A stretch of DNA of 64,000 nucleotides, from NCBI GenBank assembly GCA_035221665.1, contig CM069164.1, forward strand, positions 12,896,001-12,960,000, written 5' to 3'. Within the stretch, counting starts at the first letter, position 1. Each line of letters begins with the position of its first letter. Source of the stretch: Okamejei kenojei. Lineage: Eukaryota. Positions 52,600 to 64,000 of this stretch are shown here, one piece after another. Position numbers and translations under genes: made by a program. Under the pieces are notes generated by a model, which was not told the origin of the DNA, searched no databases, and saw only the letters and a list, made by a program, of their open reading frames with translations.

Positions 52600-54520
52600 C
52601 CAAGGCCAAAGACAGGATTTGATTTCCACCACCACTCTTCATATTCAACAATTGTAATTTCAAACACCTCCCTTTTTCTTCCCCATTTTATATTTTGAAA
52701 GGTCAAGTACCTCACGAGGCAGTAGTGTGACTAGTCTCTCTCTCCTCTTCTTATGCAATTGCAGAAGAAACACCATCACCACCTGGTCTTCCACATCCTC
52801 CCATCCCTGTGTACCGTGCTCCAATCACCCTCTCCAGCTGAAGCAGAAATTTAATTGTACTTCTTCCAATTCACCCCAGCAATTGGATGACCACTTTGTG
52901 GAACACTTCTCTTCTGTCCACAAGTAAGATCCTGTGTTTTTAGTTGCTTTCACCTTAATTCTTCATCCCATTTCCACTTCTCAATGAATACAAACACCGT
53001 ATTTTCCAACTGGGCACATCACAGCCTTCCAGACAAATTGTGTTCATCAGTTTCAGATAAACAGCATTTTTATTTCAGATTTATAGAATTCCGTTTTTTT
53101 TCCCTGGTGATTTTGGACAATTAAAATTTACTGCACCAATCTATAATTCCTCTGGAATAATTTTCTGTACTCTCACATCTTATTACCAGCTCTCTTTTGT
53201 TTGTTGATTTTAGCTCTGCATTCAACACCATTGTGCCAGAGCTACTACACTCCAAACTTTCTAAGTTGACTGTGCCTGAACCCCTCTGTCAGTGGTTCAC
53301 CAGCTTCCTGACAGACAGGAAGCAGCATGTGAGGCTGGGAAAGCGCATCTCGGATCCGCAGACCTTCAGCATAGGAGGACCGCAAGGCTGCGTACTCTCC
53401 CCTCTCCCCTACTCTCACTACACCAATGACTGCACCTCCACTGACTCACTCCTTTGTCAAGCTTCTCAAATTTGCAGACAACACAACCCTGATTGGACTG
53501 ATCCAGGATGGGGAGGAATCTGCCTACAGACAGGAAGTGACACAGCTGGCGTCCTGGTGCCATCGCAACAACCTGGAGCTCAATGCTCTTAAGACAGTGG
53601 AATTGATGGCAGACTTTAGGAGAGCTCCCCCTCCCCTCACCCCACTCACCATCACAACACCACAGTCACATCTGTGGAGTATTTTAAGTTTCTGGGAACC
53701 ATCATCTCCAAGGACCTTAATTGAGGGGCCACCATCGACTACACAGTCAAAAAGGCACAACAGAGGATGTACTTCCTGTGGCAGCTGAGGAAACACAATC
53801 TGCCGCAGGCAATGATGGTACAATTCTATATGGCCATCATAGAGCCTGTCCTCACCTTCTCCATCATGGTCTGGTTTGGCTCAGCCACCAAGCACGACAC
53901 CCGGAGGCTGCAGCGAATCGTCCGATCAGCTGAGAAGGTTATTGGCTGCAACCTTCTCTCCATTGACGAACTGTACACTGCAAGGGCCAGGATGCGAGTG
54001 GGTAAGATCATCTCTGACCCCTCTCACCCTGGCCACAAACTCTTTGAATCACTTCCCTCTGGAAGGCGACTCTGGACTGTCAAAGCTGCCACAGCCAGAC
54101 ATAAAAACAACTGTTTTTCCACGAGTAGTAGTTCTACTCAATAACCAAAAATCTGTAGCCTCCTTTTGCTCTGGTATTTTATTTAATTCACATGTTTAAT
54201 CGATAATGTTTTATTATTAATGTTTAATGTTTTATGTATCATTCATAACTATCACTGTATGTCATTTTGTCACTTGTGGGTGGAGCACCAAGGCAAATTC
54301 ATTTTATGTGAATATACCTGGCCAATAAAGTTATTCATTCATCCATTCATCCATTCATTATCACCTCTTAAATTCACCCAGTCTTGCTCCCATCATAGAT
54401 CTTCTCTTAAGAGCAGATTGTCTCATTTTTAGCAGTTCTGATGAAAAGTCCTCGACTTGAAATGTTAACTGTTTTTTCCTCTCCACAAATGGTTTCTGAC
54501 CTAATTACCATTTTGTTTTA
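52600..54520 (+). mobile_element. Old Penelope remnant interrupted by the Rex1 LINE
   Basis: Degenerate LKQKFNCTSSN...DHFVEH before Rex1; the terminal-repeat motif with a CTGATGA...GAAA core resumes at about 54430. Confidence 0.55.
53197..54359 (+). mobile_element. 5'-truncated Rex1/Babar-clade LINE (RT C-terminal half and 3'UTR)
   Basis: FVDFSSAFNT, PQGCVLSP, KFADNTTLIGLI, WCHRNNLELN and LPSGRR in frameshifted ORFs; AATAAA followed by a (TCAT)n-like tail. Confidence 0.92.
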
Positions 54521-56146
54521 GATTAAGGCAACTGTTATGTTTTGTTTTTGTTTAAAACATGACGTGATCTCCCCTTCAATCACATTTTCAGTCATTTCCT
54601 TCACTCCTCTATATTTGATTTACAATCATTTTACCTTTGTGAAGCACATGTTAATATTTGCAACACTTGCCTTGTTGTTCCCCAATATCCCTAATGCCCC
54701 CTTTATGTTCTCCCCAATATTGTTGGTCCTTTATCGGGGCTTTCATGAAAGGTTTAAATACTTTTATTTTGTTGTTCGCTCATCCATGTCCTATATCCAT
54801 TCTATTCTGAAAGTGAATTGTGGTGATATACGGCTATACCACATCAAAGCTATTTGAACGAGGGATTGCAAATTTCCCTCCAAGAATTTTAACCTAACTT
54901 GGAAAGATATTGCTGGTCCTTTATCAGGGATGGTTATAAATCCTGGAACTCAGTACCCAATAACATTATGGGTGCACCTTCATTAGAAGGACAGCAGTGG
55001 TTCAATGGCGAAGCTCACCACCATCTTCTTAAAGGCAAATCATGGACAATAAACATTCTCTTTATTGGTGATGCTCAAATCCAAAAAATGAAGTTAAAAA
55101 AAAACCTACTTTGGTATTATGGTTCTTAAGGTGGTGGCAGTGCCAATTCTGGCTAGTAAATCAGTAATAGCCCACCAAATACCATGATCTGTTCTTATTC
55201 TCGGTGTGACACATTGAGGGAAGTATCCTTGCTGTGCATATGGGTCATTTCCACTGGCACTGCATTCCTGAGATTGTATTGCTTCATAGATAGCTTTCAT
55301 GGACCATAGAAATGCAATGGTTATCAGTAATAGGCTCTGAAGGTTCTACATTTTGTGATATTCTTGGTTTGACATGCTTCTGGTCAGACCTTCCCTTCAA
55401 ACTCTGGTGGAGGAATGGAAGGTGCAAACATATGCAAGTAATCCACCATGAAACCAAAATCAATAGTGATATTCTAAGAGACATGTCCTTGCACTTGGAT
55501 TTTGAAGGTAGAAGGTTGTAAGTTCAACTTCAACTCCAAGGCTTTTGCTTAAAGATCCAACTGGCACTTTTTGTAGTATTTAAGAAGTACTGTTAGAGAA
55601 ATTGGCTTCTGGATTATACTTTATACTGAGGTTACATGTTGAAGATATCAGGGCACTATTCTGAAGGAGATTTCTCTCTGGTGATTCTGCTCGATCAACA
55701 TCACCTAAACAGTAATTTGGCCATTATAAGATTGTTGCTACTGAGAATTTTCTGTTTAAATATTGCCTGTTATGTTTCTTTCACGGGAAGTTATTAAATT
55801 GCAAAGTAATGCAATACATGCAAAATACTTTAATGCTTCTGATGGGTAAAGGACCAATGCAAATTATTAATGGAATCTCTGCTAGTGATGTCTCCATCCT
55901 GTGAGTAAATAAAATATACATACTGTACCTTTGTAATAAAATTATAACTTTTTTTTTTGCGATGGCTGACAACTGCAGATACAAGACTGGGGCCACAATT
56001 AACTCTGGTTGAAAAACAGAATATGTTGGAATTACATTGATGTTAGGCAGCATGTGTGGAAAGTGGAAGTTATTGTTTCAAATGGATGTCTTGATAAATG
56101 GTCTGATGAAGCGGACCACCTTTCTATTTCTGCACATACTGCCTCA

Positions 56147-56330
56147 GGGGCCTGTCCCACTTAGGCGACTGCCAGAGACTTGTTTTAATGGAATTCACTT
56201 ACGACACCTGGCGACAACCTACGACAGCAACAATTGTCGCCACTAGCGGTGAAAAATTTTCAACATGTTGAACATTTTGCGGCAGTTGCCTGTAGTCGCC
56301 CAAAAAAATCGCCTAAGTGGGACAGGCCCT
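56147..56330. mobile_element. PIF/Harbinger-type MITE
   Basis: TIR GGGCCTGTCCCACTTAGGCGA / TCGCCTAAGTGGGACAGGCCC; flanks TCA and TAA. Confidence 0.8.
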
Positions 56331-56333
56331 TAA

Positions 56334-57056
56334 TAGGCCTGACCCACCTACGCGACTTTTTAGGTGACTACAGGAGACTATGAAGCGGCCACATGTTCGC
56401 CGGACGTTGCCGGGGTGTCGGCTGCATGGTGATGAGTAGTTCCTGCATTCTCGTAACTAGTCGTGACTTCATTTTGGACGGCGCTAATTTTTCAACATGC
56501 GGCGACCTGAATTTTTACGCCATGGTGAGTATCGAGAATTCTCGTGACATAGGTGCAGTGGTAGTGGGTTGCCAGGAGGTTGTAGGTTATCATAGGTTGT
56601 TGCCGGTGCTGACATTGTCTCATTAGGAAAAAAAATGTAAACAGTACTTTTCAGAACCAAGGAAACGGACCGCCGAGCTTCGCAGCCATGTATCTCTGGT
56701 TTCTTAAAAGTTGTCACCACTCCTTCTCCCCACCCCGTCTCCCCCCTCTCCACCCCTCTTTTAAAGGACTTAAGTGAACCTTCCTGCACACTGTGCTTTC
56801 ACCGTCTTAATTACAGCGCCAACCTTCCTGTTCATCGTGGTGTGTGTCTGTATAACATTGGCTTTGCACTGTGTGAATTACACTCAGACAGCGCTCCCCC
56901 GCTTGCCCTGTCCGCCGCCTGCATAACTGGCTGGCGAAGGAAGCGATGTGTGTGTGTGTTCCACTCTGACAGTCGCCGTTCCAGTCGCCGATTTTTTTCA
57001 GCGACCTGCTACAACTTGACAGTCGCCTGAAAAATCGCCTAAGTGGGACAGCCCCA
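56334..57056. mobile_element. PIF/Harbinger-type non-autonomous element, about 720 bp
   Basis: TAGGCCTGACCCAC ... AAGTGGGACAGCCCCA with TAA on both sides; reverse-complement homologue of 61922-62660. Confidence 0.82.
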
Positions 57057-58939
57057 TAACTCTGTAACCCTGTACTTAATTTTTTTATATCAGCAAAACA
57101 TCGTCTCTCACCCAGTCTTGTTGAAGAATTTAATTCTTTAGGGCAGTTAGCCAGTAAAGTTTAAGTGAGTTAGGCATTGAAAAGCTGCTCGCATTGGCAT
57201 TATGAGGAGTTGATGCAGATATAAATTTCTGGGCAAGAGGTCAGGTGGATGCATGGAAGAATTTATGCAGTCAGTGTAATGAATTGCAACATGTGGTCCA
57301 CAAGTGTGGTGGAAATGAGCATAACTTCAGCAGATTAATTGCCAAAGTGTAACTATTTCTGTCCCACCTACTTTTTCAATAATTGGTTTAGAGTCAGTAC
57401 CTGCCGCCTAATACACCAATTGGTCCAGGTCTTCCTCCACCTGTGTCTCCATTGGTTTTTTGGTCCTGATAATACAATTAGGAAATTAAACTGAGTAATT
57501 CCATGAACCAGGATTATGTTTATCCTTGTTATATTTATCATAGTTGTATCTACCATTAGCATATGTTCTCCATTTGCTTAATGCGAATAAGGGATTTTGT
57601 TACACACTGGTAAATATGACAATACACTAATCTGAATCTGCATTTAAAGGGGCAGGATTATTTTCATTATTTTTACTTTGGATTTCTAATACTTAAAAAT
57701 AGCTATCCATTTAATTGGGGTGATGTTGCCATAGTTAAACTACTACACTAGTAATCTAAGGCCAGTAATCTTGAGATTTGTCTCCAAATCCTACCACACC
57801 AGCTGTGAAATTTAAGATCAGTTCATTATCTCAAATTTTAAAAAGTCATTTGACATAATGACCTCAATAACTTTTGGATTACATATTTAACCAATCTGGT
57901 TCACTAATTCTCGCCAGGGTAAGAAATTTATAATCATTCTTAATAGAACTGTGCTTAATTACATGTAACACTCAGCCCAAAGTGTAAATTAGATTTAAAT
58001 GCCTTATAGATAAAATGAAATAGGCATATGTGTATACTGCCTGCTCACCACGAATTGACTGCAAGAAGTAAGAGCACATGCTCCTCAGAATAACAGGGTC
58101 TGAGAGCTGAGATGAGGAGAACATTCTTCACTCTGGGGGCTGCAAGTCTTAGAAATTTGCTGCCCCAGAAGACTACGGGCGCTTAGTTATTTAAAGCTGA
58201 GTTCAATGAATTTATGGACAGTGAGGAAATTAAGGAAGATGTGGATCAGATGTGAAACGCTGTGAGGTGGAAGATCAGTCTTGAACTCACTGAATGGCAA
58301 AGTAAGTTTAAGGAGCCAAATGGGTAATGCCTGCCTACGTTTCCTATGTCCTTAATAATAAAACTTAATAATCTGTTGTTGTTCTTGGTGTTATGCATTG
58401 CACTATTTTATTTAGTCAGAACATATGTGCTATGGAATTGATATGTCAGGCTTGGGTCCAAGGGGCAGCATGCCTGCCTCCAAAAATGAAATTGTGAGTT
58501 CAGGTCCCAATCCAGAGGCTTTAACATTGAGAGTAAGCTACTGCTCAAATGGGCAAGTGAGTGGGTACTGCATTACTCTGGATGTTTCCTATTGATGAGG
58601 TTGCGTGCAGATTCTCTGGTCCTTCGTCTCAACAGGATTTAACATCTATTACCTGGTGAGTAACAATTGTGTTTTGCTGCTGTCCTGGCCAACCTTTGTC
58701 ACTCAAGCACTGTTATTTCCCTTGTTGGTGTCTGTGGGATCTTATTGTCCACATATATGATAGCTTAATTGGCCATGAAATACTTTGGGATGTTCTGAGT
58801 TGGAAAAGTTTTATTCAATTTTGAGAAGCTTTGCAGTCCCTATGTTTTGGGGAATTAAAGTAAGCCTGGTCTATATTTTTTTTGTGAGATGACTGTAATG
58901 GAATGGTGATGCCATGCACCTTTCCATCGGAAGTGATTG

Positions 58940-59960
58940 GTAGAATCCCATTCACATTTGGGATCTGGCTGTCACTGGCAGGGTCAACATTTACTGACCA
59001 TCCCTAAATGCCTTTCCACAGGTAATTGGGTGCCACCTTGTTGAACTGTTATATTCCTGCTGGTAAATGTGCTCCCAAAATATTCCTGGGGAAGATGTCC
59101 TCCAGGATTTAAATCCAGAGATGTTGAATGACTGTTTGAAAATCAGAATAGTTTAATTTCTGTTCATTCAGTAGATGGCACATACTGCACACTGTGAATT
59201 TATGTTGCAAGGAATAAGTGATTAAGGTGGCCAATGAGATGACGGTCAAGAGATGTTGGTCGTGGATTGCTACTTTTTTTTTTTAAAGAGCTTTTGGAGA
59301 TGCAGTCAACCAAGCAAGCAGACAGTATTCCATTAAATCCCTTACCAGTGCCTTGCAATGGTAGAAATAAATTTGGGTATCTGGAAGTGAGCCATATATG
59401 ATATTCTCTGATCTACTCTTATTGCTGCAATATTTATGTGGCCGGTTCAGTTGAGTTTCTGGCGAGCGTTGAATTCCAGAATACTGAAAGTGCAGGACTT
59501 TGCGATGGCAGTGCCACAGAGCCTGATCAATACACAAGTTAGAAGTATTTGCCCCTTGAGCCTGCTATGCCTTTCAATAAGAGTGTGGCTGATCTGATCT
59601 TGCAGATATCACCGATAGATGGTTGTCTCTTTTGTTGGAAATGGTCATTGCCGGGCATATTTGCAGTGTGAATATTACATGCCATTTTCCAGCCAATGCC
59701 TGAATGTTGTCTGGGTCCTGCTGCATGCATGCTTGGACTGCCTCATTTGCCTGTAAGTTACAAAAAATATTGAATATTGTGTAATCATCACTGAACACCC
59801 TGAATAGCTCCTGTAGTTTGTCCTGTCACTGAGGTGGGACGCTGGTCTGGCAACCACATCTATCTTTCTTTGTGCCAGGTATGATTCCAATCATTTACTC
59901 AGTATTCCAGGGCTCCTTGATGGGCACTCAATCAAATGCTTCTTTTATTTCACTTCACTT
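58940..59960 (-). mobile_element. Decayed CR1/L2-clade LINE RT fragment with a small nested repeat
   Basis: Remnant peptides MFSDDYTIF...MQQDPDNIQALAGKWHVIF and CKALVRDLMEYCLLAW. Confidence 0.7.
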
Positions 59961-60754
59961 CTCTGAAATCAGCACAAAAACCGCGCACAGCAAACTCCCA
60001 CTAACACAAGGTTGACCAGATAACACATGCCTGTGATGTTAGGTTGAGATACATATATTGGCCTTGGAAAACCTAAATTAAACTCTCCTGCTACTGTTAA
60101 GAATGATGCCATGCAATTTATATTATCTGGAAAGTCAGCTGGGGCTTTTGTTCAATGCTTCATTCACATATCGTCTAATGCTATTGCCCTCGCGTCAGTC
60201 TGGATTATGTGATCATATCTCCAAAGCCATGCACTCAGTAGCCACATTCCTTGATCCCAGGAGTCTCACTGAGACTGATGTGCCATACATCCAAACAACA
60301 TCGCCGGGCATCGCTTTCTGGCAAGGTTTGGGCCACCATATCCATAACGCTCATCTCCGTCACTTAACCCCTGATCTCCCAGACAAGGCATATTCTTTTT
60401 TTGTTTATTTGTTTTATTGCTCCTTCTCCAGATCCATCTCCAACTCCAGCTCCAGATCTAGCTCCATCTCCAGTGAAGGGAACACTAATCCCTGTTCATA
60501 TGTTGCTTCCTGTTCTCAATCTTTAACAAACTGTTGGAGCCTTAAGATAGTCTTACTCATCTCCGTCACGTGGCAGTCCCGATCTTGATCATCTCCATCA
60601 CGCGGTCATGTATGTCACATGAGTATTTTATGCTCATAATGTGTCAAATAATACAACAATGACCATCATTATCAATTCTAATTGATAAATGAACAGTATG
60701 ATTCTGACTATTCATCTGGTTAATATTGTTTTAGAGGAAGTTGGTGAAAAGTTA

Positions 60755-61020
60755 TGCCCCTGTCCCACTTAGGAAACCTGAACAGCAACCTCTGGAGACT
60801 TTGTGCCCCACCCAAAGCTTCCTTGCGGTTCCCAGAGGTTTTTGTCAGTCTCCCTAATGGTCGAAAGTGGTTTCCGCTTCTTCTATAGCACATAGAAGAA
60901 GCGGAAACCACTTTCGACCATTAGGGAGACTGACAAAAACCTCCAACTGCACGGAAACCTTGGGTAGGGAGTAAAGTCTTCAGAGGTTTCCGTTCAGGTT
61001 TCCTAAGTGGGACAGGGGCA
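60755..61020. mobile_element. Fully palindromic Harbinger-type MITE
   Basis: Perfect 29-bp TIR TGCCCCTGTCCCACTTAGGAAACCTGAAC; perfect 52-bp inner arms; TTA on the left flank. Confidence 0.85.
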
Positions 61021-61921
61021 TTTATGTGACTTTGGAATCAGAGTTCTTGCTGAAAATCACCACATTTTTTGGCAGTAAATTGTTACAATGCGTTAGACTG
61101 AAAAAGTACTTTTTTGGTGCTTTATTTGAGGAAGTTACTCTATAATTTGAAAGACTGGGACTAAAATGTGATTTTATATTCTTAAATCAGTTATATTTTA
61201 CAGTGTTGTTCATCATAAAAATGCGATGGATATGACTGAATGCAATGGCCAACCTGGAAAAAGAAGAGAAAAAAACAAATTAAATTCTCTAAAAAATTGC
61301 GCCAAACACATTTTCCCATAGTAGAGATGTTCATCTGTGTGAAACAACATTCAAAATTGTAAAATTTTAAGTTTTATAATTGGTTTTCCAGAAACTTAAA
61401 AGTAGACACTTACTGAAGAATCACCCATTTCTGCCCTTTGGGTTCTTTTATGTAGGCCTTCATAATGACATAGAAACAACATCTCCCTTCTCCATTTGCT
61501 CATCTTGCCCTCCTGAACTTCAGGTGGTGTCTGTCATGAACACAAACATTTAAAAACAAAATTCAGATGTATTACTCTGTTACTTCATTTTCTACTTCAG
61601 TGTCCTTTAGCAGGCAATTTGATTTGTTGAAAAGCATTTTGTTTCTGCTGAGAAACCTGTTGTTGGTCACATTTGACGGAAACATAGGAGATCTGACACA
61701 TCTTGGCAGGGTGAATGTGGAGAGAATGTTTCTTCTTGTGGGAACATTTAGAACTAAGGGTCACTGATTAGAAATTAGGTTTCGCCCATTTAGACAATGT
61801 TGAAACAATGTTTTCTCTCACTTGTAATGAGGAATTGAAACTCTTTTATTCAAAGAGTGGTGAAAGTCTTCCCATCCTAATACATTTAAATATTTTTAAG
61901 GCAGGGTTGAGAGTATTGCAA

Positions 61922-62660
61922 TTGGCCTGTCCCACTTAGGTGATTTTTCAGGTGACTGCGGGCGACTGTCAAGTTGCCCGCAGTCGCCTGAAAAACCTGC
62001 AACTGGAATGGCGACTGTCAGAGTGGAACACGTACACACATCTCTTCCTTTACCAGCCCGTTGTGCAGGCGGGGGGACAGGGCAAGCTGGGGGAAACGCT
62101 GTCTCAATGAAATTCACACGGTGCAAAGCCAAGGTGATACAGACACACATCGCGAAGAACAGGAAAATTGGCGCTGAAATTAAGACGGCTGAGCACAGTG
62201 TATGGTAAATCCTTTAAAAGGGGGGGGGGAGGGGGCAGAAGGAGTGGAGACAACTTTAAGAAGCCAGAGATACGTGGCTGTGAAGCTCGGCGGACATTTA
62301 ACATTACCGGTCAGTTATCCTTGGTTCTAAAATCTACTGCTTACGTTTTTTCCCCCCCCAATGTGCCAATGAAATTCACCGGTCAGCACCGGCTACAACC
62401 TACAAGAGCCTTCGACCTGGCGACCCACTAGGACCTCCTGGCGACCCACCTGGCGACGGCACGAGAATTCTCGCTACTCTCCATGGCGGCTTCATTCTAG
62501 TCGCCACCAATTTTTCAACATGTTGAAAAATTCGCAGCGACCATAATGAGGCCGCGACTAGTTCCCAGAATGCGGGAACTCCTCACGACCACGAAGGCGA
62601 CTCCCCGGCAACCACCCGCAAACATGTGACGACTGCAGTCGCCTAAGAGTGACAGGCCCA
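61922..62660. mobile_element. PIF/Harbinger-type element, same family as 56334-57056, opposite orientation
   Basis: GGCCTGTCCCACTTAGG ... GACAGGCCCA; its ORF-track peptide FKKPEIRGCEARR mirrors FKKPEIHGCEARR on the other strand of the first copy. Confidence 0.82.
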
Positions 62661-64000
62661 TTAGTTTCTGAATTGCTTGGCCTCTCTCTGTAGGCACCAC
62701 CACATGTATCATTCAGTATTTCTTTCCATCAACATTAGCTTTCTTCTTTCTTGCACCTTTCCTCAAATTAAAATATCTTTGATTTTTACATTTTTCTGTT
62801 GCTGATGAACTGAAATTAACTGTTTTTCACCCCCTCTCCACAGATGCTACATGTTTTTGTAGCATTTTGTTTTATGTTATTTGTGGAGTTCATTGCATAA
62901 TCAGGATTTCCTGATATCAGCATTTAAGCAACCAATCAAATCACTGGTGATTAGTCAGCAGCTTTTACTGGTCATAGTTACCAAAGGGTCTGTTCCTTTT
63001 CTAAGTAATATCAGTTGTGGGTTAATATTTTTTGGAAAGGGGTAAAATTACAGGATCTTTACATCTACCTTAAAATAACAGAAAGAGTACAATTTTAAGG
63101 TTGATCTGAAGGGAATCGTACCCATAGAAATGTTTGGAAAACAATACTTGCTCAGCTCCAGCTAAGATTATGTGTTTCAGCCCCTTTACAGCATTCCAAG
63201 ACACAATGACCTCTGAGATGGAAATGAGGGAGATTAACATTTCAACCAAACTGATTGTTACAATGTAGTAAATAGTTAAATTTCAAACTCTAAATAAGCA
63301 AGATGAAGTAATTTATTGGAAGTTAAGTCTTGTTCCTTTTATTGGCTGAATCTGCAAAGACTCCTTTAAACTCCCTCTGTGTAGCCGCATATTAAACTGT
63401 CAGCTTGCTTTACAGACAGATATATATGGGGCTCCACAGCACAACCTGGTTTACATTTCCAGATCGACTTTTTGCTGATAATGGTCTTACTGTCACACCT
63501 AAAGGTCCTAGCCTAAACCCAGGTTATCTGACCCAGCTAGTAAAACTTGAGTAAGTATGTTAGTGCCTACAGTTCCCACTCCAGGAGTCTTAACAAAATC
63601 CCCTGTCTCTCAAGTTCCCTTGAGTTTCAAATTCTGGTATTTGAAACTTTTCCTGAGGTACGTATGGACCAGGAAAGTGCGGTGAACTACATGTTTTATT
63701 TGCCAGAACAAACAAAAGATTCCGAGTTGTGATAAGACTGGAAGTGGTCCTATATTTCTGTGTCGATTGCTGGCCGCTTGGGCGAGGTGATGTCGAGGGG
63801 ACGTTCGGCAGAGTGATGGAGAGGGGAGGGTGTGCTAAATAAATAAAAAAAACACTTACTGGCTGCAGCACTGGAGACTTTTAACATCACCACAATCCCT
63901 GAACACAACTGAGGAAGGGAAGCAGACCTTTCTGAAGGACGGGGTTCAGAACAAAAGCCGGTTGTCATGGTCTAGCGCTGTCCCAGATGCTGGTGGCATT

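Noticed and set aside
60415-60475. (CTCCAG)n-like hexamer run within a 161-aa ORF
   Set aside because: A short degenerate microsatellite; the ORF overlaps a SINE remnant.

Overview
Vertebrate genomic DNA. The repeat content (HE1/V-SINE-type and Deu-domain SINEs, CR1, Rex1, Penelope, Harbinger MITEs) points to a cartilaginous fish, probably a skate or ray; this is inference. The only host gene I can support is SMAD6 on the minus strand: promoter near 49.7 kb and coding exons 1-3 at 48475-48892, 45918-45974 and 44834-44902. The MH2-encoding last exon is not recognisable, so positions 1-44833 are probably a very large intron 3. The rest is transposon debris: a decayed IR/DR Tc1, a hAT-Charlie element with an 8-bp TSD, a non-autonomous Helitron, five Harbinger-type MITEs, a Rex1 LINE, and Penelope remnants with minimal hammerhead-ribozyme cores. 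About 19.9-25.8 kb looks like unpolished assembly consensus. I found no novel protein-coding system. The best leads are regulatory and structural: a SMAD7-like SBE/E-box module in the SMAD6 promoter, candidate intronic BMP elements, an apparently shifted exon-3 acceptor, hammerhead cores with compensatory stems, and perfect palindromes suggesting template switching. All coordinates were read by eye.
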